Of a stretch of 54,703 nt of DNA, positions 45,341-54,703 are shown piece after piece; the first letter of the stretch is position 1; the number at the start of each line of letters is the position of its first letter. The translations under genes were made by a program, and so were the position numbers. The stretch is from Bacteroidales bacterium (lineage in GTDB: Bacteria > Bacteroidota > Bacteroidia > Bacteroidales > WCHB1-69): positions 1 to 54,703 of the forward strand of contig JAZLLH010000044.1 in the NCBI GenBank assembly GCA_045598025.1, in the 5' to 3' direction. Under the pieces are notes generated by a model, which did no database searches, was not told the DNA's origin, and worked only from the letters and a program-made list of their open reading frames with translations.

Positions 45341-47776
45341 ATGAGGAAAATTTGGGCATTGTTGATTTTTGTTTCAGTAACTTTCTCACTGCGAGCCCAA
45401 ACAGTGGATGAAAATTGCGTGGACGGTGTGTTGTATTTTCAATTGAAACCGGAATTTCCGATGGATATGCTGACGATAGCGGAAAATGGAACGGTGGATA
45501 CTTCCCGACTGGCATTTTTGTCGGATATTTTTCAAAAATACGGTGTGTACGATGTGTGCCGTCCGTTTAATTTGTTCGGTAACGAACAGTTGCTGCGTGT
45601 CATGGAAGTGCATTTTGACCGTATGTATGAAATCGGTGCATTCATAGAAGAACTTTCCAAATCCCCATGGATTTCCTATGCAGAAAGAGTGCCTTTGTTC
45701 CGACCGCTGTACAAGGTGAATGATCCTTATTACGGGAATGTGAACAATCGGAACTGGAAATGGTATCTGGATATGATCAAGGCCGATTCCGCCTGGGATA
45801 TACAAACGGGAAGTTCCCACGTGAAAGTGGCCGTTGTGGATAATTACGTATGGGGTGAGCATCCGGATCTTCAGATAGATTCTGCCAATATGTGCGCTGT
45901 GGGATACGATCGTACCCAGGGGTATACCTATGCGGTGGGAACAGCTGCGCCTCCTGCATCTGAAATTCCGCAGGAAAGTTCTGAATATGCGTATTCTGCC
46001 TCTCATGGAACGCATTGTGCCGGTCTGGTAGGTGCCATCAACAATAACCGAATCGGGGTGGCATCCATAGGCGGTGGCGTTACCCTGATGGGAGTGTCCG
46101 CTACAACGTCTCAATACGTCAATTACATCATGTATGGAGTTCAGGGAGTACAGTGGGCGGCCATGAGTGGCGCCAAGGTTATCAGCATGTCATTTGGCAG
46201 TTCAACGGCTTCCCAGACACAGCAATTGGTGATGCAGACCTGCCATGATGCGGGTATCGTATTGCTGGCTTCTGCCGGTAACGAAGGGGACGAAGACAAC
46301 AGCATACTTTATCCGGCCGGTTACAGCTCGGTGATTTCGGTTGCTTCAGTTGATGGAGACGGAAAACTTTCCTATTTTTCCCAGTGGGGGCCTGGCAGAG
46401 CAGATATTGCCGCTCCGGGAGGATTCATCAGTTCATCTTTGTATTATCCCAATATGTTGAGTACCACTTATTGCAAGTCCTATGTAGTGAAAAATATGGG
46501 ATTTTCCGGAACATATTATGACGGAATGCAGGGAACGTCCATGGCATGTCCGGTGGCTGCCGGTCTGGTCGGACTGCTGTTGTCTAAAGATTCCACCCTG
46601 ACTCCGGATGCTGTGAAAACGCGTTTGCAGCAGACGGCTATTCCTTTGCCATCCGCCTCCGTACACACCATTGATGGTTACGGATATATCAATGCATATG
46701 CGGCCTTGCTGTACGAATACCTAATTGTTTCCCGAACCGAAATAGATTTTCCCAAAAAGCAGGGGTACGTTGATTCTCTGGTTGTCAATGCTTCCAAACC
46801 ATGGACCCTGAGCGGTCTTCCTTCTTGGCTTTCAGCGAGCTGTACTTCCGGTGATTCCGGAGCGACCACCATTGTACTGACTACCTTGTCGGAAAATGAA
46901 ACCGCTGCTTCCCGTTCGGCTGTACTGACTTTTACCGGCACGGGAAAAACCGGATCCAAGACGGTGAAAGTGACTCAGTCCAATTATGATTTCCGCTTGA
47001 ATATTTCCCCACGTAAGATTGTGTTTTCCGGCAAAAAGGGACTGTATGACACCTTGCATGTGTCATCTGTACTCCGTTGGTCCATGCAGACCGGCAACAA
47101 CAATTGGCTGGCAACGGATATCCAGGCCATAACTCCGGATTCTTCCATTATCGTACTGGGTACCCGTTCTGCCAATACGACCGGAGGGCAGAGGGAAGTT
47201 TGTCTGGTATTTTCCGCCAGCGGGATTCCGAACGATACGGTGTGGGTAGTGCAGCGAATGGCCGATTTCATTACCCTGTCTACGGCTATTGCTTCCATGG
47301 ACGGATTCCAGGGCGCCCATGCCTCGCTGATGGTGTATTCCAATGTGCAATGGCAGGTGAAAGGGGGAGACAGTTCCTGGATTGTTCCAGAAATTTCCGG
47401 TGCTCGGGATACGGCGGAACTGATTTTTACTTCATTGAGTGACAATAGAAGCGGTGATGTGCGTTCGGCTGCTTATACCATCACCAATGGAACCATTAAT
47501 AAAGGATTGACTATCAAGCAATACAATAATCTTTCCATCCTTATAACCGACGAAGATGCAAATTGGCAGGTATATCCCAATCCGGCTTCCGAGCAGGTAT
47601 TTTGCCGTATGGGAGTAACTGATGCAGCGCAAGCCTGTCTGTACGATGTATACGGCCGTCTGTTGCAGTCGGTCAGAGTTGAGGCGGAAACAGCTGTCTT
47701 CCAGTTAGAGGAACTCCCGGCCGGTGTTTATTTCATTCGCTGCGGAAACCATCAGGCGCAAGTAGTGAAGCAGTAG
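45341..47776 (+). CDS. Secreted S8 (subtilisin-like) serine protease with three BACON-like domains and a T9SS C-terminal sorting domain
   Basis: Signal peptide, VAVVDN (Asp), SHGTHCAG (His), AGNEG, GTSMACP (Ser), three W...W...N.....R.......V.Q repeats at about 46721-47520, and VYPNPA...LPAGVYFI. Confidence 0.88.
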   Translation: MRKIWALLIFVSVTFSLRAQTVDENCVDGVLYFQLKPEFPMDMLTIAENGTVDTSRLAFLSDIFQKYGVYDVCRPFNLFGNEQLLRVMEVHFDRMYEIGAFIEELSKSPWISYAERVPLFRPLYKVNDPYYGNVNNRNWKWYLDMIKADSAWDIQTGSSHVKVAVVDNYVWGEHPDLQIDSANMCAVGYDRTQGYTYAVGTAAPPASEIPQESSEYAYSASHGTHCAGLVGAINNNRIGVASIGGGVTLMGVSATTSQYVNYIMYGVQGVQWAAMSGAKVISMSFGSSTASQTQQLVMQTCHDAGIVLLASAGNEGDEDNSILYPAGYSSVISVASVDGDGKLSYFSQWGPGRADIAAPGGFISSSLYYPNMLSTTYCKSYVVKNMGFSGTYYDGMQGTSMACPVAAGLVGLLLSKDSTLTPDAVKTRLQQTAIPLPSASVHTIDGYGYINAYAALLYEYLIVSRTEIDFPKKQGYVDSLVVNASKPWTLSGLPSWLSASCTSGDSGATTIVLTTLSENETAASRSAVLTFTGTGKTGSKTVKVTQSNYDFRLNISPRKIVFSGKKGLYDTLHVSSVLRWSMQTGNNNWLATDIQAITPDSSIIVLGTRSANTTGGQREVCLVFSASGIPNDTVWVVQRMADFITLSTAIASMDGFQGAHASLMVYSNVQWQVKGGDSSWIVPEISGARDTAELIFTSLSDNRSGDVRSAAYTITNGTINKGLTIKQYNNLSILITDEDANWQVYPNPASEQVFCRMGVTDAAQACLYDVYGRLLQSVRVEAETAVFQLEELPAGVYFIRCGNHQAQVVKQ

Positions 47777-47824
47777 ACGGCCATTTCGTCCGTTTGTGCG
47801 TCAAACCGTTAGGGTCTGGATTTG

Positions 47825-48595
47825 TCAGTGGAAACTTTTCAGTTCGCGGCTGTCAAAGACGGGGCCCTCTGTACATACGCACTGATTTCCGTGATGTTCG
47901 GTAGGCGTGACGCAGCACAGGCAGGCTCCCAGACCGCAGGCCATGGTATTTTCAAGGGAGACTTCGCAAGGAATACCTTCGCTTTCGGCCATGCGGGACA
48001 CGGCTTTCATCATTGGCGTAGGACCGCAGCAGAAGACACGGTCGAATTTTTTCAAGTCCTGCATCAGGCTGTGCTGGGTGATAAGGCCTTTTTCTCCCAG
48101 ACTTCCGTCATCGGTGCAGAGAGCCGTTTCCTCCTCGAAAAGACGGCGGATAGCAAGAGATTTTTCACTTTTCCCTGCCAACAGTACCTGAGGACGTATT
48201 CCCTGCTTCCGGAAGGCTTTGGACAGATACACCATGGGAGCTATGCCCGCTCCACCTCCGAGCAAAAGCGGATGTTGGCTTTCGCTGTAATGAAATCCAT
48301 TTCCCAGAGGAAAAACAATGTCCAGACAATCTCCGATTGAGCAGTTTCCGAGGCTGAGAGTGCCTTTTCCTACTTTTTTGATGTACATTTTCAATATGTT
48401 CCGTTCTGTGTCTACGTCACACACGGAAATGGGGCGTCGCAGAAAGGTGTCGGGTGAACGGGGAATCTGTATGTTGACGAATTGTCCGGGGCGAACCTCT
48501 TTCAAATCGCCTTTCAGGGTTTGTACTTCCAGCAGGAAATCCGAATCGGGAAGTTCTTGTTTATTTACGATGGTAAAAATTTCTATCTGTTTCAT
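47825..48595 (-). CDS. pyrK: Dihydroorotate dehydrogenase electron transfer subunit
   Basis: PGQFVNI, LRRPISV, PLGNGF, GGGAGIAP, TDDGS.G, CGPTPMM and SLE..MACG.GACLCC...VC.EGPVF. Confidence 0.9.
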   Translation of the reverse strand: MKQIEIFTIVNKQELPDSDFLLEVQTLKGDLKEVRPGQFVNIQIPRSPDTFLRRPISVCDVDTERNILKMYIKKVGKGTLSLGNCSIGDCLDIVFPLGNGFHYSESQHPLLLGGGAGIAPMVYLSKAFRKQGIRPQVLLAGKSEKSLAIRRLFEEETALCTDDGSLGEKGLITQHSLMQDLKKFDRVFCCGPTPMMKAVSRMAESEGIPCEVSLENTMACGLGACLCCVTPTEHHGNQCVCTEGPVFDSRELKSFH

Positions 48596-50277
48596 TTAAA
48601 ATCAATTACAATGTTTTCTTCAATAATCCAATTTTTTTTCACTTCCCATTTCTGCGGACTGCAAAAAACGGCTTCGGCCTGTCGCCTGTATGCGTATTTT
48701 CCCTCATCCCACCTGGAATTTCCGTTTGCATCGGCAATGATGCGCAGATGATATTTTCCTTCTTTCAGATGGGAAAAACGAAGGTCTGATTTGTTCTCAT
48801 CCCCAACCGTCAGCCGTTGTTCGTAGGCGACTGTCTGGTCTTCCTTCAGCAACTGTAGAATGTAGTCTTGAGATTTCGGAAATTGCAGGTGCAGCAGCAG
48901 TTGCCCGTATTCCTTTTTGCCCCGCATGCTGAACTCGGCTCTGATGCTGTCGCTGTATTTTCCGTTATAGGCGAGACAGGCAGAATCCGCTATCTGCAAA
49001 ACGTATGTCGATCGCGAATGTAAGGGATACAGGAGGAGCAGGCTATCATAGGAAATCTTCAGGTCGAAATCTGTGATATCGGAAGTATCCTTGTCTTTGG
49101 ATACCTGCAGACGAAATGCGGATTTTTCTATTGATTTCAGCGGATAATCAAAGACGATGGTGAATTTTTCTCCTATTTCTACATTGCGGTCAAATCGGGA
49201 CGATAGGATATTTTTCTGGGTATTGCCCTTGGTATCTTTGCTGTTTTTGGACAGTCCGAAAGGAATCAGACTGACCGTATCCATCAACAAGCCATTGGCC
49301 CATAATTCGAACCATTCGGTTTTGTTCCGGGCAGTATCCGTCACGTATATTCTGCAGCTATCTTTTTCCTTGTCCCAACATTCCAGGTAAGGCAGATTTT
49401 CTCCCTCCAGCGGTTTCAGCAGAAAGGAGTCGACCGAAAGGCTGAAGACAAAACTGTGGCAGCCAGGATTGAGCGTGCGGTAGGACAGCAGGCGGAAGTT
49501 GGAATCTTTTTCCTGGAACACCCTGAGCAGAAAATCTGTGGAATCAGGGAAAATGTGCCTCCCGTTGGAATCCGTCTGCATGACCATCGGTCGGATGGGG
49601 GAGTTGTCGTTCCAAAACGCTATGGATTCGTCCGTCTGATCCCATATGCGGTTGTAGTTTTTGTCCGTCAGGGCGAGCAAACGGTAAGGTTTGTCCGGAA
49701 TATTTTCAAAAGAGAAATGCCCCTTATTGTCCGTTAGGGTGAAGAACTCGCCCGGGCCTCTGTATATGGCGGAATCATCCGCGTCCCCATACAGGAACAC
49801 ACAGGCTTTGCTGACTGCTTCCATGGTGTATGCGTCAACCACTTTTCCTCCCAGTCCCATGCTGTCCACGGTGGAACCCGTGGAAAAAATCAGGCGGGTC
49901 GGGGGAAGCGTGTTGTTTTCTGTGATGTCCCGCACGGCTCCCATCAGGTCAATGTGGTAGGTGGTGTTGGATTTCAGGCTATCCTTCAATTTAATGATCA
50001 GTTTTTTACCTTTGATGATATAATCCGGTTGTCTGACAGGAACCGGAGTGATGAGAATGCTGTCCGTCGGAGAATTCAATGAGAAATATTCGTCAAAACA
50101 GATTTGAATCTCTTTGGATGCAACGGCCGTATCTCCCATGGAAGGTATGAGCTGTATGATTTGAGGCGGAGTCACATCTTTGGGACCTCCGTTCAAAGTG
50201 GCCACACTGGCGCATCCGTAAAGGAGGCCCATGCCGCAGATCGCTATCAGAAAGTAGTTGATTTTCCGTGTTCGCAT
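48592..50277 (-). CDS. Lipoprotein with an N-terminal Ig-like (Big_5-like) domain, conserved Bacteroidota type
   Basis: Lipobox LYGC, GGPKD.TPP, I.FDEY, NTTY.ID, D.TE.N, FSTG..DS, and D.N.N..WD motifs. Confidence 0.8.
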   Translation of the reverse strand: MRTRKINYFLIAICGMGLLYGCASVATLNGGPKDVTPPQIIQLIPSMGDTAVASKEIQICFDEYFSLNSPTDSILITPVPVRQPDYIIKGKKLIIKLKDSLKSNTTYHIDLMGAVRDITENNTLPPTRLIFSTGSTVDSMGLGGKVVDAYTMEAVSKACVFLYGDADDSAIYRGPGEFFTLTDNKGHFSFENIPDKPYRLLALTDKNYNRIWDQTDESIAFWNDNSPIRPMVMQTDSNGRHIFPDSTDFLLRVFQEKDSNFRLLSYRTLNPGCHSFVFSLSVDSFLLKPLEGENLPYLECWDKEKDSCRIYVTDTARNKTEWFELWANGLLMDTVSLIPFGLSKNSKDTKGNTQKNILSSRFDRNVEIGEKFTIVFDYPLKSIEKSAFRLQVSKDKDTSDITDFDLKISYDSLLLLYPLHSRSTYVLQIADSACLAYNGKYSDSIRAEFSMRGKKEYGQLLLHLQFPKSQDYILQLLKEDQTVAYEQRLTVGDENKSDLRFSHLKEGKYHLRIIADANGNSRWDEGKYAYRRQAEAVFCSPQKWEVKKNWIIEENIVIDFK

Positions 50278-50285
50278 TGTTCTAT

Positions 50286-50858
50286 CTATACCAGTCCGGA
50301 AAAACCCATAAAAGCCAGTGCCAGAATGCCGGCAGTAATCAGTGCGATGGGCATTCCTTTCATCGCTTGAGGAATATCTGCCAATTCCATCTGTTCACGC
50401 AATCCGGCAAACAGTATCAGAGAGAGACCGTAGCCGACAGCGGTTGCAAAAGCGAAAATCAAGCCGCCTCCCAAAGTGAAATTCCTTTGGATGACCATGA
50501 TGGCGACGCCAAGGACGGCACAGTTTGTCGTAATCAGCGGAAGGAATACACCCAATGCCTGATAGAGAGAGGGGGTGATTTTTTTCAAAATGATTTCCAC
50601 CATTTGCACCAATGCTGCGATAACCAGAATGAAACTGATGGTCTGCAGGTATTCCAGTTCAAAGGGAATCAGGATGTATTCCTGTATCAGAAAGGTGACC
50701 AGCGTGGACAGGGTGATGACGAATACGACAGCACCAGACATGCCTACGGCTGTGGATATTTTGTTGGATACTCCCAAAAAAGGACATATGCCCAAAAATT
50801 GGGAAAATACGATATTGTTGACGAAGATGGCGCCTATGACAATGATGAATATTTCCAT
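50286..50858 (-). CDS. rnfA: Rnf electron transport complex subunit A
   Basis: NN.V.SQFLGICPFLG, FILVIAALVQ.VE and LG.FLPLITTNCAVLG. Confidence 0.95.
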   Translation of the reverse strand: MEIFIIVIGAIFVNNIVFSQFLGICPFLGVSNKISTAVGMSGAVVFVITLSTLVTFLIQEYILIPFELEYLQTISFILVIAALVQMVEIILKKITPSLYQALGVFLPLITTNCAVLGVAIMVIQRNFTLGGGLIFAFATAVGYGLSLILFAGLREQMELADIPQAMKGMPIALITAGILALAFMGFSGLV

Positions 50859-50870
50859 ATTTCTGAAAAA

Positions 50871-51455
50871 TTAAGCTCTGTTTTTAATGGCATGAATAAA
50901 TGCAATGATGAAGCCCAGGGCCAAAAAGGCACCGGGGGCCAGGACGAATACCAATATACCGTCTCCGGGAATGAGTTTGTGACCGAAAACAGCGTAGTTT
51001 CCCAGCAGTTCGCGGAACATGCCCAAAACGGTCAGGCCCAGCGTAAATCCCAGGCCCATACCGGCACCATCCACAAAGGAAGACCAGATTCCGTTTTTGG
51101 ATGCGAAGGCTTCCGCCCTTCCCAATATGATGCAGTTGACAACAATCAGAGGAATGAACAGTCCCAGACTTTCGTACAGGTTCGGTACATAGGCTTCCAT
51201 GCACATCTGAACAATGGTTACCAGGGAAGCGATAATCACAATGAAGGAAGGAATGCGCACTTTGTCAGGAATCCATGACTTGACGCAGGAAATGATGACA
51301 TTGGACAGAATGAGGACGGCTGTAGTGGCCAGTCCCATTCCCAATCCGTTCACAGCCGAGGTGGTTACCCCCAGAGTCGGACACATTCCCAGCATGAGGG
51401 CAAAAGTCGGACTTTCTTTGAAAAAACCTTTGGTAAAATTCTGTATCTGATTCAT
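50871..51455 (-). CDS. rnfE: Rnf subunit E
   Basis: LGMCPTLGVT, VRIP.FI.IIAS, FIPLIVVNCIILGRAE and PGAF. Confidence 0.95.
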   Translation of the reverse strand: MNQIQNFTKGFFKESPTFALMLGMCPTLGVTTSAVNGLGMGLATTAVLILSNVIISCVKSWIPDKVRIPSFIVIIASLVTIVQMCMEAYVPNLYESLGLFIPLIVVNCIILGRAEAFASKNGIWSSFVDGAGMGLGFTLGLTVLGMFRELLGNYAVFGHKLIPGDGILVFVLAPGAFLALGFIIAFIHAIKNRA

Positions 51456-51467
51456 GCTTTATTCTCC

Positions 51468-52061
51468 TTATTCTGATTTCATGCTCGAATATGCGGTTTC
51501 CATGGCATCGCAATAGGCTCTGGAACTGATAGTCGCCGCCGTGATTGCCTGCACGTCTCCACCGTCTTTCTTAACCCGGAGTTTGAATTGTTTCGGATTT
51601 TTCCTTTCGAACTGGCTGTAGAAAGCGGGCTCTGTCATTTTGGAACCCAATCCGGGTGTTTCCGAGTGGTTCAGCACAGCAACTTTGAAAATGCTTCCTT
51701 CCGGTGTGAATCCTGCCATCAGGCGGATGGTTCCACCGAATCCTTTTGTAGAGAAGGTTTCCACTGCAGTACCCACTTCTTTTCCCTGGCGGAAGGCGTG
51801 GTAGAGGGTCAAAGAATCGGCCGGTGCCGGTTTGTAGAATATGCTTTGGATATTTTTTGTCTCAATCGCTTTTTTTTCTGTTTTCAGGTCATCAAAAGGG
51901 GGCAGTACCTCCTTGACAGCGGCCTGTTGCTGTGATTCTTTGGACTGCCGGATGGGCGTTTCTGTTGCCTGGTATACGGCGGCTAATGCCACTCCTGCCA
52001 GAACGCAAACTGTCAGCAGGGTGAGAAACATGTTGATGAAACTGGATTTCGCTTTTCCCAT
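51468..52061 (-). CDS. rnfG: Rnf subunit G (FMN-binding)
   Basis: GFGG.I, HSETPGLG and AITAATISS (FMN-Thr motif). Confidence 0.93.
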   Translation of the reverse strand: MGKAKSSFINMFLTLLTVCVLAGVALAAVYQATETPIRQSKESQQQAAVKEVLPPFDDLKTEKKAIETKNIQSIFYKPAPADSLTLYHAFRQGKEVGTAVETFSTKGFGGTIRLMAGFTPEGSIFKVAVLNHSETPGLGSKMTEPAFYSQFERKNPKQFKLRVKKDGGDVQAITAATISSRAYCDAMETAYSSMKSE

Positions 52062-52100
52062 TTTGTCTTTAATTAATTTTTATGTATCAAATCGGTATCC

Positions 52101-53102
52101 TTATTTTGTTGCGTTTCCGAAACGTTTGGGAGGAAAGGCCCTGTTGAGGAGGGGTACGACGGAGTTCATCAGCAGAATGGCGAAGGAAACACCTTCCGGA
52201 TAGGCTCCCCATACACGAATGATGATGGTCAGCAGACCGCAACCGCATCCGAATATGATTTTACCCCAGTTGCTCATGGGGGATGTGACCATGTCCGTGG
52301 CCATGAATACGGCTCCCAGCAGCATACCGCCGGCCAGGATGTGGTAGCTTCCCGGTATGTACAGGGAAGGATTGGCCAAATGGAGAATGCTGGCAAAAAT
52401 CCATGCCGTTCCAATAAAGCAGACCGGAATGTGCCAGGTGATGACTTTGCGGCACAGCATGAAAATTCCGCCAATCAGGATGGCGATAGCGGCTATTTCA
52501 CCCATGGATCCTCCCTGTTCTCCGATCAGCATCTGGGCATAGGTCGGAAGCTGATCCATCAGTTCGGACATATCTTTGCCCTGACTGAGTCCGGTTTTGA
52601 TCATTCCCAGGGGAGTGGCGCCTGTCGTGGCACTGACGGTATGGAGCGATCCACTGAACCAGGTGCGGGGGAGAGGCCAGGTCGTCATCTGTTGGGGAAA
52701 GGATATGAGCAGGGCAACGCGTCCGACCAAGGCTGGGTTGAACAGATTGTTTCCCAATCCTCCGAAAGGCATTTTGGCCACACCGATGGCGATGAGTGCC
52801 CCTATGAGCATGATCCACCAGGGGAGGTTGCTGGGAACATTGAAAGCCAGTAACATGCCCGTAATTACGGCAGAACCGTCCGATATGGAACATCTTTTTT
52901 TAAGAAGGAATTTTTGGATAAACCATTCGAAGAAAACGCAGGCAGCGACAGAAATCAATGTCAGTTTCAGCGCATCCGTTCCGAAGGAAAGGACAGAAAC
53001 GACAAAAGCCGGCAGCAGTGCGATGACTACGGTCCACATGATTTTGCGAACAGAATCGTCCGAGTGGGTGTGTGGTGATCCGGAAACTTGTAATAATGGC
53101 AT
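52101..53102 (-). CDS. rnfD: Rnf subunit D
   Basis: SPH, D.SA.ITG.LL, K..FGGLG.N.FNPA, TGATPL (FMN-Thr), G.MGE and FMATD..TSP. Confidence 0.95.
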   Translation of the reverse strand: MPLLQVSGSPHTHSDDSVRKIMWTVVIALLPAFVVSVLSFGTDALKLTLISVAACVFFEWFIQKFLLKKRCSISDGSAVITGMLLAFNVPSNLPWWIMLIGALIAIGVAKMPFGGLGNNLFNPALVGRVALLISFPQQMTTWPLPRTWFSGSLHTVSATTGATPLGMIKTGLSQGKDMSELMDQLPTYAQMLIGEQGGSMGEIAAIAILIGGIFMLCRKVITWHIPVCFIGTAWIFASILHLANPSLYIPGSYHILAGGMLLGAVFMATDMVTSPMSNWGKIIFGCGCGLLTIIIRVWGAYPEGVSFAILLMNSVVPLLNRAFPPKRFGNATK

Positions 53103-53142
53103 ATGTTATATGTATTTATGTCGTAGAACGGTATTTTGGTTG

Positions 53143-54477
53143 TTATTTTTTCTGTTGTCGGGCGCGAATGATGGCTCCTGTTCTGTTTTTTCCCAGGCGG
53201 ATCAGATCCAGTAGCGGACGATGGGCCGGACAGGTGAACTGACAGCAGCCGCACTCTATACAGTCCATGATATGATGTTGCTCCGTGTCATCCCATCTGG
53301 AACGTTCGGCATAGGCAGAGAGCAGGTATGGCTCCAATCCCATGGGGCAGACATCCACACATTTCGCACAGCGGATGCAGTTGCTCGCCTGGGAGCGTCT
53401 GGCTTCTTTTTCACGGATGATCAGAATGGAAGAGAATCCTTTGGTCGTATATATATTCAAATCTGTTATGGCTTTTCCCATCATGGGTCCGCCGCAGATT
53501 ACCTTTCCTGTATCGGCCGGAAGTCCGCCGTTGCTTTCAATGATCTCCATTATCGGAGTTCCGAAGCGGGCATACAGATTACAGGGATGTTCCACCGATT
53601 TTCCGCTATAGGTGAGGTATTGTCCGATGAGCGGTCTGTTTTTCTGAACGGCTTCGTATACAGCCAGCGTGGTACTGACATTGCAGACAATACATCCTAC
53701 GTCCAGGGGGAGTTTTCCGGAGGGTACCTCCCTGCCGGTTATGGATTTTATTAATTGTTTTTCAGCTCCTTGCGGGTATTTTGTGCGCAGAACTTCCACG
53801 ATGACTCCCGGATAGGCTGAAATTTTTTCCTGCAGGCAGGCAATGGCCTCTTTTTTGTTCTCTTCCACGCCAATGTGTACCTTTTCCAGATTCAGGGCCT
53901 TTCGCAGTATACAGGTTCCGATGAGAAATTCATCTGCCTTTTCTCTGAGAATGCGGTTGTCTATGGAAATATAAGGTTCACATTCGGCTGCATTGATGAG
54001 CAGGTACTCGGCTTTTTTTCCTTCCGGAACGGACAGTTTGACATGGGTCGGGAAACAGGCTCCACCCAGTCCGACGATGCCTTTTTCTCTGATTTTAGCG
54101 ACAATTTCAGAAGGAGAGAGGAGAATATCTCTTTTCAATTCCGGCCTACGATCGATATCCTCTTCCCATTCGTCTCCTTCCACTCGAATGAAGATGGCTG
54201 TTTTTTTGTAGCCGGACAGGTCTGGAATCGCCTCCACCTTTTCCACCGTACCGGAATAGGGAGAATGCAGATTGGCCGAAACGAAGGCTTCACCTTTAGC
54301 CAAAAGCTGTCCGACCCTGACTTTGTCTCCTTTCTGAACCACTACGGTTGCAGGAGCTCCCAGGTGCTGGGATGCGTAAAGTACAGCTTGCTTGGGCAGG
54401 GGAAATTCTTCCAGAATGGAATCATGTGCAAGTTTATTCTCTTCGGGATGTATCCCGCCTTTTTTGAAAGTTTTCAC
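53143..54477 (-). CDS. rnfC: Rnf subunit C
   Basis: GGIHP, QHLGAP, GIVGLGGA.FPTHVK, INAAECEP, YPQGAEKQL, GGPMMG and two 4Fe-4S motifs. Start set at GTG 54477. Confidence 0.95.
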   Translation of the reverse strand: MKTFKKGGIHPEENKLAHDSILEEFPLPKQAVLYASQHLGAPATVVVQKGDKVRVGQLLAKGEAFVSANLHSPYSGTVEKVEAIPDLSGYKKTAIFIRVEGDEWEEDIDRRPELKRDILLSPSEIVAKIREKGIVGLGGACFPTHVKLSVPEGKKAEYLLINAAECEPYISIDNRILREKADEFLIGTCILRKALNLEKVHIGVEENKKEAIACLQEKISAYPGVIVEVLRTKYPQGAEKQLIKSITGREVPSGKLPLDVGCIVCNVSTTLAVYEAVQKNRPLIGQYLTYSGKSVEHPCNLYARFGTPIMEIIESNGGLPADTGKVICGGPMMGKAITDLNIYTTKGFSSILIIREKEARRSQASNCIRCAKCVDVCPMGLEPYLLSAYAERSRWDDTEQHHIMDCIECGCCQFTCPAHRPLLDLIRLGKNRTGAIIRARQQKK

Positions 54478-54510
54478 TTGTAATGTTTTTCGTGAATAAA
54501 ATTTAAACTG

Positions 54511-54518
54511 CAAAGATA
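54511..54518 (-). promoter_or_regulatory. -7 promoter element for the rnf operon (TATCTTTG on the minus strand)
   Basis: CAAAGATA on the plus strand, 33 nt upstream of the proposed rnfC start, in an AT-rich non-coding region. Confidence 0.65.
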
Positions 54519-54703
54519 CATCAAAAATGTAAGACAAATCCTCAAAATGACAAAAAAAATAAAAGGAGCACAAAAAAGGGGAAAGTTATGGGCGGTTTCA
54601 GATTAGAAAAAACACTTCCCAAGCCGAAAACCTTCCAAAAAAAGGCGGAGAGTGTAACGGTTTTGTTCAAAAAAGGGGTAATAACAGGGCTGATAGGGGT
54701 CCG

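Noticed and set aside
1-54703. Alternative genetic code, programmed frameshift or selenocysteine recoding
   Set aside because: Conserved genes are full length in code 11 and end at expected positions using TAA, TAG and TGA.
54519-54703. A-rich non-coding tail as a possible riboswitch or ncRNA
   Set aside because: I can recognise no aptamer consensus or stable stem, and the region is truncated by the window edge. An Rfam scan of the extended region would be needed.

Overview
A gene-dense, mostly housekeeping chromosomal segment from a Bacteroidota (Bacteroidales-like) anaerobe. The assignment rests on two proteins with T9SS C-terminal sorting domains, TAnnTTTG -7 promoter elements in front of most operons, Bacteroides-type DnaE inserts, LpxD and DUF4301. 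Contents from left to right: the 3' part (>2000 aa) of a giant T9SS-secreted beta-helix/Ig repeat protein; an Mpv17/PMP22-like protein with an acyl-ACP thioesterase; a CPA2 antiporter, argS, yggS and a cupin; Firmicute-like sbcDC; polA followed by a tightly coupled flippase-GT4-DUF4301-polytopic membrane protein cluster; a transglutaminase-like gene, nspC and phosphomannose isomerase; an arcA-pyrB-pyrI-lpxD operon; an S41 protease; two identical tRNA-Asn genes followed by a decayed AAA/DUF4143 remnant; obgE, an SDR, yraN, an O-antigen ligase/polymerase, wzz, a methyltransferase and a lone sufC; dnaE; an S8 protease with three BACON-like domains and a T9SS signal; pyrK, an Ig-like lipoprotein and rnfCDGEA without rnfB. 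I found no CRISPR array, integrase, transposase, reverse transcriptase or phage genes. No novel system can be proven from sequence alone. The best candidates are (1) a possibly self-contained glycosylation module at 19787-25185, in which DUF4301 shows eukaryote-type UDP-sugar pyrophosphorylase motifs, (2) the giant repeat surface protein, which is dense in O-glycosylation sequons, (3) arginine deiminase fused into the pyrBI operon, and (4) an rnfB-less Rnf operon running into pyrK. All family assignments come from recognising motifs by eye, not from database searches.
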